Shown: positions 1 through 14,179, counted from the stretch's first letter. The stretch: DNA of 64,000 bases from Welwitschia mirabilis (GCA_051453625.1 JBOZIK010000001.1:10198040-10262039); one strand, 5' to 3'. Notes: generated by a model not told the origin, from the sequence alone. Program-made: numbers and translations.

Positions 1-72
<72 letters not shown>
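1..72. repeat. (CT)n microsatellite, cut by the window edge
   Basis: Perfect CT dinucleotide run. Confidence 0.98.
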
Positions 73-76
<4 letters not shown>

Positions 77-99
77 TCATTAAAGTTTGAAATAGTTTG

Positions 100-1260
100 A
101 GCTATAAGTGATTCTTAAGGTCTTTGATTTCTTAGAATGGTTTATTGAAAGATGCTAATAATATCTGCTAAGATGATATTCTAATTTTTTTAAATTTTTT
201 TGGATATCCTCGTGCATCTTTTTTAACTCATCAATAGAAACTCTAAGGAAATCACTCCTATTAAATTTGGAAAAATTATATGAAAAGTTATTACTTTTAA
301 GTATGTTTTCGAATGAATGCTTGAAAGATGTTTAAGGCCTATTATTTCTTGATTGATATTATTTTTAAAGTTATTTGACTTTTGGATGAATGCACATACC
401 TCATCATATATAACTTCTCTATGAGTTAGTAAGTCAAGACAGTCTTTAGTAAAGTGAGAGTTATCTTCACATATATCACATTGGGTAAATGAAATTGAAG
501 GTTAGGGTCATTAATTTATCATCTTCACCTTTGCTAATTCTCTTATGTAAGTCTCTAAAGTACTAGTAAGATCTATAATAAGGGTATTAGAATTTGATTT
601 CTCTTTTCCATGTTGTACCTTTTTTAAATCTTTGAGCATTTGATCTATAGTTTAAGCTTATTTAGGTGAAGGTTTAGGTCAAGTTTGATATATTTCTATA
701 AGGTCTTCCAATAGACACTAAGCATTATCTAATGTCGAATGAACTAAACTTCCACTAGATTAAAAATCTACAAGTTACTTGATTTGGTAATTTAATACAC
801 TATAGAAATGATCAATGAAATCTTCTTTTGCAAATTCATTCACTACATTGGAAGATGCAGTAATCAAAAATATCTCACATATTAAGGCATAATATTTATG
901 AGGGTAATTTTAAAATTTAATTACTTCTTTTCTTATCTTCCTCATGGTTGTCTCATTCATGAATATTTTAATAAAATCTTCTTAAACTTCATTCCAACTC
1001 TTAAGGATTTTGTATGGAATGGTTTCAATTTATTTCTTTGCCTCTTCTCTAAGGGTAAAAGCAAAAATAATCATATAGTTTTATCTAAAATTTTATTTTT
1101 TCCATTTATCAAAGTGAGAATGAGTTGTTCAATTTTTTCTATGTGTTAAAAGAAGTCTTGATTATGCTCTTCTAAAAAGGTAGAATAAGAAGTTAAAGTT
1201 TTGAGTTTCACATCATCTTCCATTAGTAGATCAAAAGAGTTTTATAATTCTCTCTTTTTA
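100..1260 (-). pseudogene. gag: Degenerate gypsy (Athila-like) gag remnant
   Basis: Minus-strand hand translation gives 'DFIDHFYSVLNYQIK*LVDF*SSGSL..TLDNA*CLLED' (~700-820), resembling gag 'FYNGL..TK..VDAASGG....T..EA..L.E'. An LFPFSLR.KAK-like motif lies near 1030-1080. Many stops. Confidence 0.7.
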
Positions 1261-1700
1261 TTAGTCAATATGTCCTTGAGAGTACCATTTAAACTAGAAG
1301 CTTCTAATATTTTAAGTGATAATTAATCCAAAGGTTGTTTAGAACAAGATCTTAATGGAATATTAGATGCAACAAATGATTGAGAGGTTGAATGGTTCAA
1401 ATGAGAAGAGTTAGGAACTGAATATTTTGAAAAATGAGTTGTAGGCGATAAAGGTTAAATAGGGAAAGCAAAGGAGAGGATATTCTATTTAAATTAGTTT
1501 TAGAATTAACTAAAGTTTAAGAAGAATAAGAATAATAAATAGTAAACACTAAAAATTCATCTTACTTAGTTCTAGAAATAAACTTTTCTTTCTTACCTCA
1601 TGATCTTTAATTAAAATCCATTGAATCTTCTCTAATTTATTTATTAAGAAATCTAATTTTCTTGATGTTTTTGCCTTTTTGATTATTTACCATTTTCTTG

Positions 1701-3111
1701 TGTTAACATGCAAAAATTAAGATTTAGACAAAGTTTATTTAACTGATTTAGCTTAAGCTAAGATATTAAAATAGCCATTTTATTATGAAATTATGTATTT
1801 TTCTCTTTTTAACATGATTCATAAACTTAAGCACTTTTCCATTATAATTTCAGATTATTTATTGCATTCTAAAGAAGATATTGAAATATGAAGTTCATCT
1901 AGTAGAAAACACTAGTGCTAGATCTTGAAATATGAAGTTCCTCTAGTAGAAAACATTAGTGCTATCATCTAGGTCATTAATGTCACTAGTATTTTAAATA
2001 AAATAGTTCAAAAGCTACATTCTAAAACTATTATAAAAAATTAATCGAATTTTAGTTATGGGATTAATTATTTATCATATCAAAAATAATTGATAACTTT
2101 AATAACACATCACAATAGTAGAATTAATACATGATAGTAACATGTGGTAGGACCATGTGTGATTACATTAGAAATACATGATGATAGTAATAGATGGTAG
2201 AAGCATCATGATTCAAAGATTTTCTATTGGATTCATTATGCACTTTTACAAGAAAATGAATATCTTACCTAAGGATACATGATAAATTATATCTATAGAA
2301 ATTGTAATCACCCAAATTATAACTACCACTAATCAGTACAAGATAAAGGCATATAAAATCCTTAATCCTTCCTTCATCTATAAAAGGTATTTTTCATTTG
2401 TAAAGATGTTTAGTTAGTAAAAGGATTTTGAACTATAGAATATTAGTCAACATCCCTTTTTAAGCACCTCCTTTAAGAGTGGACTTATTCTAAGGCTAGT
2501 TCAAGGAGTCTATGTTAGCTTCATCTTCTTTCTTCAATGTAATGTAAATTCCTGTTCTAATGAAATAGTAGTTTTTTATTTTTAATTTTGAATCATGAGT
2601 AGTCTTGTACTTTTAATATTTAAGTGAAACTACATTATCAATTTATTTTAATAACCAATTACCTTCTTTAAGTTTTCTTATTGGTTATAGTTACTTTAGT
2701 TTGATGAATCTTAAGTATAATAGTCCTTAATTTCCATGCTTATGAAAGGCTATAAAGGATCAAAGTGACTATTAAATTCAAATACACTCATTGAATGAGA
2801 TTATATCATCATAACTTAAGCCATCACTACTTGACATCATAAACATTATTTTAGAAAGTTACAAGATGTCATTAGAGTGAAGGTTTGTTGTTGGATGATT
2901 AGAGATAGATATTTGAAGCTAGTTTATTTTCCTACTTTACTAATCAAGTTTATTATGATTTTAACTCTCAAGTTTTCTTTGTTTTGATTCATTACAAGTT
3001 TGATAATTTTGTATTGCTTTTATTAAGACCTTATCTTAAATTATTCCCATGAAAGAAGGATACTAGGTAGTTAGCTAGTTTATTAAAGTTCATTGTACTA
3101 CACTCTGAACA
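1701..3111 (+). mobile_element. Solo LTR, family A (A0)
   Basis: Starts TGTTAACATGCAAAAATT and ends ...TGAACA. Homologous to the LTRs at 4459, ~9905 and 14532. Flanked by tcttg (1696-1700) and ccttg (3112-3116). No PBS follows. Confidence 0.8.
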
Positions 3112-4458
3112 CCTTGTATAATCAAAATATGTTAAACAAATTTGTTTACACCTAAGTGGCAGTAACATCTAACATCACTCAAAGTTGCAAGAAGTAGGTT
3201 CAACCAAGTGAAAGTGGCAATCACTTAGATCACATGGAGTGCAAAGTATAGGCTAGGTTTGTAATAAAAAATTTGGTAATCCTCAAGACCAATGGCAATT
3301 TAGTCTAAAACAATAATTTTATAAATGTAAAGTACTAATATGAAGAATAATTATTAAAATATAAAGTATTGAATTGAAATGTTAATTCCTCAAAATACAT
3401 TAATCAATAATGATAATGGAAAAGAAATTTTGCAAGAAAATAAAAATTACAAGGAAATAAAATTAACATATACCCAAATTAGATAATCAAGAAATCACTT
3501 GTATACATAAAAGATAATAAATTAGTTGAAACTAAATCCAAGTAGGATATGCTATAACACTACCTAATTAAATAAATTTAAAATATTTTAAGATAGTTAC
3601 TTAAGAAATAAAAACCTCTTAAATTCCTTAAATCCTTTCCTAGAAATGGAATCAACATGTTTATAGTGTGTATTTATTCTTTAAAATCTAAATGACCTTA
3701 ATATATTTTTAATCATAATATCTAAAAGTATAATTTACAATTGCATGCATAAAACACACTTATATAGTGGATTAACCAAAATTTCATAATCTTAAAGAAG
3801 ACTTCTAATAATAAAGCATGATGATCAATCCAAGTTTCAAGAGAAATGATAATAGAAGAAGGATAAACAAGGAACAAAAGAATAAAAGATTCTTTATTAA
3901 AGAATTCTTGCTTTATATTTTTGATTATTATAATGAACCAGAAAATTTCCTTTTTATAGATACCAAATATATGTCTTAACAATCTTATAATAGATACATG
4001 TATCATAACATAACTCGCATTATAAAGCTATTAATAATGTAAAGACAAATACATGCATAACTAAAAACATTCAAATACTTAACTAAAGCTAATATTTTAA
4101 TTGACATAATTATGTGGTTAATGCTTCATAAAAAAAGTATTACAATATTTAAGCTTTAAAGCATTTGGATATATCTCTTTAAAAAATATTTCAAGCACCC
4201 AAATACCTTGTGAAAATATTTGTTATGATACACATAGAAGTTCACTATTTTCATTCTTTATTTATTTACTTTATCTGTTGAAAAATACTTTCTAAAAATT
4301 CATAAGTAAAATTTTCTTTATAACCTAATTGAATATATTTTAAGTTATGTATCTAGGTTTTAGTTTTCTCTTCTAAGATTAAAAACAAAAAAAATGTTTC
4401 ATGTTGACTACGTCACCTTGATTACTTTTGAATGTAATATATAGGGATTAAATCTAGA

Positions 4459-5783
4459 TGTTTACATGTAATAATTGAAATTTAAATTAAGTATATTTGA
4501 TAAATTTAGCATAGGAAAAGATATTAAAATAGTTTTTGTATCATAAAGTTATGTATTTTACCCTTTTTATCATGAATTATAAAATTGTGAAATTTTCCAT
4601 AATATTTTCAAGTTAATTTCTACCTTCTAGAAAACATGTTGTAAAATGAATTAATTCCATCAAAAAATGCTAGCACTGATGTCTAGGTCACTAGCAAGAC
4701 TTGTTTTTTAAGGCAGAGTGAGTCCAAGTCTACATTCTTACATCTTTATGAGAAGTTCATCACATTTAACGTATGTGCTTGATAAAAAACTAAATTAGAA
4801 ATAACCATCAACCTTATCAATACATTACAGAGGTGCAAAGTAATATGTGATAGTAACATGTGGTAATGATGAGTATGAAGATGTGGAATACATAGGGCAA
4901 TAGCACCCAACAATAATAGCATCATCATCCAAAGGTTATGTCATGACTACTCTTATAATAAAATAAAGATCTCACCTAATACTACATGATTAAATTTGTA
5001 ACCTCCCTTAATTTAACTTCCAAAATCATAACCCTCCTTATGTAACTACCACCAACCACTACAAGCCGAAAACTCCTAAACTATTACTCATCTATGAAAG
5101 GGTATTAAACATTCATTGTAAATAATCTAATACAATAATAATTTGTTCATTCTTTAATTTCTAGTACACATTAACATAGTACTTTTAATCCTTAGATGAG
5201 ACTATTTCTTGTGTTATTATAAAAGTAGTTGTTCATTCTTTAATTTCTAATGCATTTTAACATGGTACTTTTAATCCTTTATGATCACGTTATTAAGTTA
5301 TATTTTTATTGAGTGAACTCTCTAAATTTAACTATTTTTTATAGTTTATGTCATGTTATAAATCTTAAGTATAGTTGTTCTTACTTTCTATGTTCATGAA
5401 GAGCTATTAAAAACCAAGTGATTATTTAATTCATCAATACTCATGTGGTGTATTCAATTTGATCATCATGCCTAAGCCATCACAACTTTATCATTTGATC
5501 ATATTTTTTAGAAACTATATAAAATTGTTAAAGTGAAGGTGGATTATGGGACAAGTCGAGCTAGACATTTAAAGCATGTTCATTTTCCTACATTAAAGTT
5601 CACCAAAATTCTTGAACTTAATTTTTTATTTTATTTGATTTTCACTATAGGATTAAAACTATTATGTCACTTTTGTTAAGTTTAAGATAAATATCTCTAT
5701 GAAAGAATGATACCAGGCCCTTAACTAGTTTATTTAATGTTCACATTCTTACTATAACAAATATTTTAGTTTGACTATGAATA
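4459..5783 (+). repeat. A1 5' LTR
   Basis: TGTTTACATGTAATAATTG...ATGAATA, homologous to 9905-11375. Confidence 0.85.
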
Positions 5784-5789
5784 GACTTT

Positions 5790-5807
5790 TGGCGTTATTT
5801 CTCAGGA
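5790..5807 (+). promoter_or_regulatory. PBS of A1 (decayed tRNA-Asp type)
   Basis: tggcgttatttctcagga directly after the LTR, resembling the Athila PBS TGGCGCCGTTGCCGGGGA. Confidence 0.7.
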
Positions 5808-6323
5808 TGATGACATGTTAACTTCTTAAAAGTAGCATAATTTTTATTTCTTATAATTTTTAATTTGGTTTTTAAGTTTTTTAGTCTTTGATACTAGTCC
5901 ATTTTTAGTAAAACCCAAATTGGTCTTTTATCTTTTAAGTATTTATTTCATTCTCCTTTCTTTCTAGTGGTGGATACTGGTCTATTTCTAGTGATAACCT
6001 AACTAGTTTATTTTTTAGTTTTGTTTAGATTTTTTGCTAAATTGAAAATAATTTCAATATTGATCTAATAGTTTTTTGCAAGTTACAATCCAAAATAGGA
6101 CTAAAAAATAGAATCATAAAACCTAAATAGAACTCACTTTTCTCATTTTTCCCCTTTTTTTTCTTTTTTCTCCTACAAGTTTTATTTTAGTAGCTAGTTT
6201 TAGTTTTATATGTAATTTTCATATTTCTTTTAGTTTTTTAAATTTTTTAATTTTGTAGGATTTTTTCGTGATAATCATTTTGTATTTACTTAATCGTTTC
6301 CATTTTTCTATAATCTATTTCCT

Positions 6324-7870
6324 ATGCCTTGCAATACTAAATATTTTGCATAGCATTTAATGTAACCTCACTCTTTTTCTAAGCCAATTTTCCTCAAACA
6401 ACTAACATCACTAATAAACCTAACTAGCACCATAAGCCCTTTTGCTTAAAAACCTTTCAAACTCTATTTAAAACCTCCTTTTGATATCCTAAACCTTTCA
6501 AATATTAAGCCTTCTTTGAAACCTTAAAAAGTTATGAAAATGTAACCTTATAGTGAAATCTTATTAATTGTTTTCTGAAAATTAAAATGGATTTTGCATG
6601 TGGTCTCTTTGGAAGACTGTATAAAATACCACTTAAATACAAAAATGTATTTATAACTTAAGAGCTTAATGTTGAAAATATACCTATTTATTAGAATCCC
6701 TATAGCTTGCCTAAGCATGTTCAACCTAAATGGATTATAGAAGATTATATTTGATGCAAGAAAGCTTTAGGAGAAAACCTTGAATGTGAATACAAAAATT
6801 CATAGTATCTTAAACCTTAAGATCCCTTTAACTCTACAAAAACTTTTGGTGAATATTTTTAAATCCTAAAATATCTTTTACATATAGATCAACCTCCTTA
6901 CCCTGAGTTTAAAAAGCCTTATTTTTAACTATAATAGGTTGATTCCATGCCTTCAACTATCCCTCATAACCCTTATTCTTCATCATTTTATCAATATCCT
7001 CATCCTCTTATCCTTGCTTATTCAACTAATAATAATCTTCTTCATCTACTTTGTTGAAGGAATCATTGAAAAAATTCATAAAAACTCATATTCAAGTGAA
7101 TCAACCATTTCAAGCCAGTACCTAATACACTTTTCAAAACTATAACTCAATGCTCAAATGATATTCTATCTTCTTTAAACAAAAGTAAACTAACAACCAA
7201 AAAAATTAACCTAAATTCTACAAACCTAAGAGTCATGAAAACCTTGAAATAATTAATGATCAAAATGATGAAATCCAAATCTATCTTATAAGAATGAGGA
7301 AAAATCCAATGAAAAAATCCATTAGGACCTTGAATTTAAAAACATACTAGAAAGGATAATATTGGAGAAGAATTCTTTTTCTGAATTACAACCATGATCA
7401 ATTAAGCATCTATTATGAAGAGAAATCCCCTATTAATCTTAGTGAAGAGAAGAATATTAGCAAAGAGCCCATACATGGAACAATAATTTTATCTTCATCT
7501 TTATCTACTAAGTAAGATCTAAGCCTTAATTAAAAAGATAAATCTTCTTTAACTCTAGAGCCATCTTTTCTTAATCTTCTTAATGAATATTCACCTTCTC
7601 GAATGGTTTCCAACTCATTTTTTCTTCATCTCAAAATTATGTCTTACATAAGTTGTTAAATAAACATGAACAAGATAAAAAATGAATTGTTTTTAACTTG
7701 GAACACATAAATTTTACTATTCGTGTTAATATTCTATCTAATTTTATGGACTTATGCATAAAAATCTACATGGATTCTCTTGTAAATCAAAATTCTTTAC
7801 AAATTTTTGAATTATTCAACCTTTATTTCCATATTTTTGTGCCTTCATACATTCATCACCTTAGAAAATA
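6324..7870 (+). pseudogene. Divergent, truncated gag-derived ORF remnant of A1
   Basis: Colinear with 16533-18291. A decayed gag C-terminal '..LRSGK'-like motif lies near 7280-7305. No RT or INT motifs seen. Confidence 0.5.
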
Positions 7871-9904
7871 TCTTTTAAAATTTTTAATTTAATTGTATGC
7901 TTTTAGATTAGATTTTTCTTTTAAATTAGGCTTTCCTTTTAGATTATATTTAATTTGAAAAAATTAAAAACATTAAACATACTTTACTTGATGATTTACT
8001 TTTTTCTAAAATAATCAATACACTACCACCTATACAATCATCACCTTCAATCCTTTTACTTAAGAAATCCCAAATTTTATCATAGTATAGAATAAGACAT
8101 CATCATCTCAAACATCACCATTCACCTCTTCCAACTTGGTACTATTTCATAAAACTTACCAATCATTCTCTCCTTTCAAATGTCCATGAATTCTTAAGAT
8201 TTGATTACCCTTGTTATTGCTCTTAACAAATAAACTATTAATAAGTACTCACCTTGTCTTTGTAATGTAGGTAGAATTTAAGTTTACTTGTAGTTTTTTA
8301 AGAAAATGTTTTTATACTTTTTAAGTTAGCTTATTAATGTTTGTTTTACTCAATATTTTCAAACTTAAAAAATATGGTTGAAAAAGGTAGAGCATATTTT
8401 ATATTATGTTCTTTTATTTCAAACATGTTACAAGGATAAGATTTTTTTTAATTAGGCTAATAAGCTAATGATTCCTTTTTGTTTAAAACAATATTAAAAT
8501 CTAAGAAGTAAAAATCAAAATAAAATAACTTATCTCTTCTTCAAAAAGCATATTATATTTTGATAAATTAAATTGGATTTAGGTAACTACATTGAGGCTA
8601 TAAACTCTTACTAGTAATACATCTCTAATGATCTAGTTATAACATGATCAATTTCATTATGGCTATAAATGCTAGCTAGAAATGCCACACTAACTTCTTC
8701 AAAAAACAACATGCTAAATTTTGTTGGAAGAAGATATCATAATACTAGATGCTCAATTTGATCTAAAGGTTCAAACAAGGAATAAATATGATTATGAAAA
8801 AGGTAAAAATTAGAAAGAAAAATAGGATTTGAAGATACTTTTGTGTTTACTTTCTTCAACTCTTATCCTTAAAAATTTTCTTACTAATTTTTGAATTTCT
8901 ACAAGTTTACATAGAGGATATATTCTTTATTTGGTATTTTGATTTATTAAATAAACATTAAATTCCTAAAAAATTTAATAAGGTATCCATTATCCTAGGC
9001 ATTTTTGTCTTTTATATTCATAGGTATTTTGATTAGTTATCATTTTCATTATAATGCACTGCAAATAAAATCTCTAGTCATAATGATTTTTCATTATGTA
9101 GTGCAAATTTACATTACATCCCTATTTTGTTCATTCTATTTACCATTGAATTTAGCTTGTAAAACCAAATATTATTATTTTAATTGATAAACCCTCTCAT
9201 ATAATTTCATTTGTAGAATCTCAAAATAGGCAGTGTTATCACTAGTTCTTATTGGTCCCACTAGCCATTTTCAAAATTTACTTTCAAACTCTTTTGTAGT
9301 ATTATCCATTTAATTTATAGTCCTTTTATATTCTTTTTAATTTCCACTAAAATTTTCTAGAAATTAACTATAATCCATTTCCCACCATCTCATTTTACTT
9401 TAATTGTTTTATTTTCATCTTTGGTTCCATTCTTCTAATCTTCATAATAGTTATAATTTATAAAATAGTAATTGATCACTACTTTTAAGACCATCTTTAT
9501 TTCTACATTTTTTATATGCTTTATAGTATTACATTAAAGTATTTTTGAATGCTAATGTTGTGTTTCATAAAAAGTTTGCATTAAAGTTATTTGCTAGCTT
9601 GTAGTATGAAAAGCCATGTAATGTAGAGTTTCTCTTGAAAACTTTTTGACTTGCTTTCAAAAGAATTATATTAAATTTTTCCATCTTTTTAAGGATAAAG
9701 TTAAATATTAGTTAGGATGTATGAAAACCGTTTTTCATAAAAGTTTTCTCAAATTTGATGCCTTAATTGTTAAAATTTGATTAAAATTTTTTAAAACTTT
9801 ATATCATTTCCATAATTAAATATTTTACTTAGATAATTTTTTTATGTTGATCATTTCTTTATCAACTTTGTGCTAAGACATTAGCCAAAGTCTAATTAGG
9901 AAAT

Positions 9905-11375
9905 ATTCCTACATGTAAAAATTGACATTCTAACCAAGTATGTTTAAACAAATTAGCATAGGCAAATACATTAAATAGTTTTTTTATCATGAAATTATGT
10001 ACTATTCTTTTTATTATGAATTATGAAATTATGAAATTTCCCATAACATTTTTAGGATAACTTCTGCCTTCTAAAAGACATGCCACAAAATGAAAATATT
10101 CCATTACAAAACATTAGTACCATTATCTAGGTTACTAGAACTACTAATATTTTAGGCTAGACTAAGTTCAAAGCTATGTTCTTACATCTCTATGAAAATA
10201 TCTTCACATTTCACTCATAATCTTAGTCAGAAATTAAATTAGAATAATCATCAACCTTAATGACATATTATAGAGATGTAAATTAATATGTAATAGCGAC
10301 AATTAACAATGACGAGTATGATGACAAGAAGGACACATGGTGACAACATCCAATGATAACAGCATCATCACTTAAAGGACATGTCATGAATACTTTCATA
10401 AGAAAACAAAGATCTTATCTAGTATTACATGATGAAATTTATAACCTCCTCTAATGTAACTATTAAAAAGTGTAATCCTTTTTCCTCTTATGTAATTACC
10501 ACTAATTACTATAAGCCAAATATTCCTAAGCCTTTCCTTATCTATAAAAAGTCCTTAAGTATTCATTATAAAGGATCTTTGGTTAGGTCAATGTAGTTTG
10601 AATACTTGGAGCATCAGGACATCATGGCTTTCTAAGCACATCCCTTAATAGTGGACTTGTCTCAAGGCTAGTTTAAAAAGTCTGTTTTAGCTCTATCTTA
10701 TTATTTCAATGTAATATATTTCTTGATTTAATATAAGAATAAGTTATTCATCCTTTAATTTCTAATGCATGTTAACACTGTACTGTTAATCCTGAGGTGA
10801 GATTATTTCTTGTGGTATTATAAAAGTAGTTATTCATTCTTTAATTTTTAGTATAGGTTAACATTATACTTTTAATCCTTAGATGATACTACATTGTTAA
10901 GTTTTATTATTACTAAGTAAATTTTCTAAAGTAAACTATTGGTTATAGCCACTATTATGTTATAAGTCTTAATTACAATTATTCATACTTTCTATGTTCA
11001 TAAAGGGATATGAAAGACTAAGTAATTATGGAATTTGCCAACACTCACATGGTAAATGAGATTATATCATCATGCCCAAGCCATCATGACTTGATGATTT
11101 AACCATATGTTCTAATAATTATAGGAAATCATTGAGGCAAAGGTGGTTCATTGGTGGAGTATGTTCATTTCCCTATGTCACCAATCAAACTTCATCAAAA
11201 TTCTCAAACTTGATTTCTTATTTTAATTGATTTCCATTATAGGATTGAAACTATTGTATTACTTTTATTAAATTTATCATAAATATCCTTATGAAAGAAT
11301 GATACTAAGTCCTTAGATATTTTATTTGATGTTCACAATCTTACTACAACAAATAACTTAATTCGATTGTGAATA
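9905..11375 (+). repeat. A1 3' LTR
   Basis: ..CTACATGTAAAAATTGAC...GTGAATA, preceded by an eroded PPT (ttaggaaa). Start is +/-2 bp. Confidence 0.85.
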
Positions 11376-11599
11376 CTAGTCCATGAAAATTAGGTAATAA
11401 ATTGATAATGATAGGTTTTATTTCAATTTGATTCATATGTGGGGACAAAACCATAGAATGATATGTAGCTAAATAATTAAGTAATCATAAATGTTTTAAC
11501 ATCTCCTCAGCAATTATTAATAGACACCATTTATATCAATTTTAGACATGGATAATTTATTCAGAAGGATATCTATAAGATTTTCATTTAAAATTTTAC

Positions 11600-12828
11600 T
11601 AGTTTTAAATGTAGGCTTAGAATATTCATGAGTTAAGTCAAAGATAAAGTCATTTAGAAGTAGTTATATTCCTATTATTCATTACTATTCATATGAAGCT
11701 AGCTAGTAAGGGACCTAATTCAAGGATGTATGAGAAATTAATATCAACAAAAATATTTTTATGACAAATGAATAACAAGAATAATGAATAATATTAAAAC
11801 ACTCAATTTGGAATTTTAAATGGTAATGAAATTGCAAAAATTATGGTAGCACCAATAAAAGATATGGTAGTTCTAGTCAAGTTTAAAGACTAACATTGCA
11901 AAAACTTAATAGCAAAAATAATGTAAAATTATGTCATTTATCATAGGTCATTCAATAAAAAACTTTTCTAATTTAAAACTTCACATTTACAACATAGATA
12001 AACTTGTCAATAGTAAAACATATAATCAGAAATACAAAAATAAGATTTGAATACATTTAGGTAGAATGAAAAACTCATATAAAAATTCTAAGATAAATGT
12101 TTATAGATTTCGATACTTCTAGTTCATACAAAACATATAAAATTTATATTTTTGGTAATGATAGATTAAAAACAAATAAAAAAGATTTTCCATAAAGTAA
12201 ATGATTCTTGATCAGCCAATGAACAGCAATTACAATCCTTGTTGGTAATGGTATTAAATCTTAGTATGTCTTGATTTTTATTCTAATTTGTGATATTTAA
12301 AAAATGTATCCTAGCTTTTAACGTATAAGTAGAAATTTACAATAAATAAATTAGGGCATCCCCTTATAGTATGATTAACCTTAATTTTCTTTCTCTCTTA
12401 GGATTGAAAACATATTATAGATCTCATAAGATTTATGAAAAGGTTTTAGATACAAATTTGAATACAAAGGCTTTTGAAAAAGAGTCTATTTTTTAAAAAA
12501 AGAGAGAACTAAAATAATATAATTTACCTCCTAGGAAATAAAAAGAATTATTCATAAGATAATCTATCAACTAAGCCCTAGACAAATAAAATATATTATA
12601 ATAAGTATAATTTGGATTCATAAATAAGTAATAAATTATTCATTCTAGATTCTAAATGTCATGAAAGCATAAATATTAGAAATGTTACATGTTGTAATAA
12701 AATGTAAGAAATACTAGGATAGCATGAAAGATATAATGACACTGGCATTTCAATATTATAAACCCTAATAATACATTAAATAAAGAAATCTAAATGATAA
12801 ATACAAAAGAACATTCAAAATGTACTAT
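11600..12828 (-). pseudogene. Degenerate Tat/Ogre-type integrase, likely continuing the pol at 61171-64000
   Basis: Minus strand shows 'LIDYLMNN' (~12550-12575), a decayed H..GG...GY / C..C zinc-finger region (~12210-12390), 'RTTISFIGAT' resembling YRTT..STGATP (~11850-11880), and a W.GPY-like motif (~11705-11725). Confidence 0.6.
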
Positions 12829-14179
12829 TGATAACATGTAATAAGAGACATTTATCTTAAGTAATTAAGATCACTTTAGCATAATAAAATTGATACTCTT
12901 ACTATTTTATTGATTTATTTTGAGTTATGTTATTAAAGCCATAATTTTATAATATTTAGCTTCACAGTGTGATTTTTCAGGTTTATAGCTACATAAAGAA
13001 CCATATGGCAAAAATTAAGTATAATACAGATGAAAAAGCAGGTGGCAGTGATTACTGTTCATGGTGGTGTCAGTTACTTTTTGAATTTGGACTCATATTT
13101 ACATTCTTAGATCATCTTCCTATGCTAAGTTCATTGATCTTGTGGATCATCTAGTTTAAATAAGTTAATTTTTATATAAATATTTCTAAGGGAAAAAAAC
13201 CTTCAATTGGATTCATGACTAAAAAAGAATCTCATTAGATCTTGGAAACCCTAATTTATAATCCTAAATTAGCCTATAAATAGCCTATTTCAATTCAATC
13301 AAATTTCTTCATTGTTATACTAATACAAAGAAATCTAAGGATGCATTTTTTTTTAGTTTTCATTTTAGGGATAAACTAGCCCTCCAAGGCTAGCATGACA
13401 TTTCTTTTATTGTTATTTCTTTTATGCTTTGATGTAGCATTTATTCTTTCAGTTAATAAAATCTTATTTCATTCTCAATCTAATTTTTTATTATCTAGTG
13501 TGTATGATTTTCATACTTGTCATGTTTGAATAGGATTGAAGTTCTTTATGACAAAAGTAATATTCTTAATTCGATTTTTTTGATGTCAAGTATGTATGTT
13601 CTTCATACCTATTGTCCTTGAATATGATTCAGGTTGTTTATGCATTTACTGTTGAAAATGAAATTTTAAAGTAATCTTGATTCTTTGGTTGCTATCATTT
13701 GATGTTCTTTGGGATCAAAAATCCTACTTAACATGCTTATGAAGTAAGCTATGAGATTTGGAAGGACTTGAAGTCTTTACAAAGATTGTGCTTCATCACA
13801 TATCTCTATAAATCTATATTTAAGTAATACTATTATCATTAAGCATTATAGTCATTACAAAGAGATGTACATGATAGTTCTTATGGTTATGCTTACTTTG
13901 TATCTCACATTTCTGGTTAATTATACATATCTCCCTTTTATTTCTGTACTATAGTATCTTTTTATGATAGTTAAACAAGTGATTTATGCATTTTTATATA
14001 TTTATATTACCTCATTTATCCCTTAAGAAGAATGACAGTAGGACTATACTACAAACAACTTCCTAGTTTATTTGGTAAAAGTTGGATTTAACCATGTAAT
14101 ATTTGTATCCCTAGGATGATTTTTAATATTACCATATATTAATGACAAATATAAGTATGGTTAAATTTCACCATGAATA
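12829..14179 (+). repeat. B 5' LTR
   Basis: TGATAACATGTA...CCATGAATA, colinear with 59773-61170. Followed by an eroded PBS and leader homologous to 40571-40763. Confidence 0.85.

Larger units (their letters stand above)
4459..11375 (+). mobile_element. Full-length non-autonomous Athila-like LTR element A1 (gag remnant, no pol)
   Basis: Two homologous LTRs, PBS after the 5' LTR, TSD ctaga (4454-4458)/ctagt (11376-11380). Both LTRs share an ~85-bp internal tandem duplication. Confidence 0.85.

Noticed and set aside
12969..13154. Similar small ORFs at 12969 and 59947 that look like a conserved peptide
   Set aside because: Both lie in the B LTR pair and the frames differ over the first half, so the similarity reflects LTR homology.
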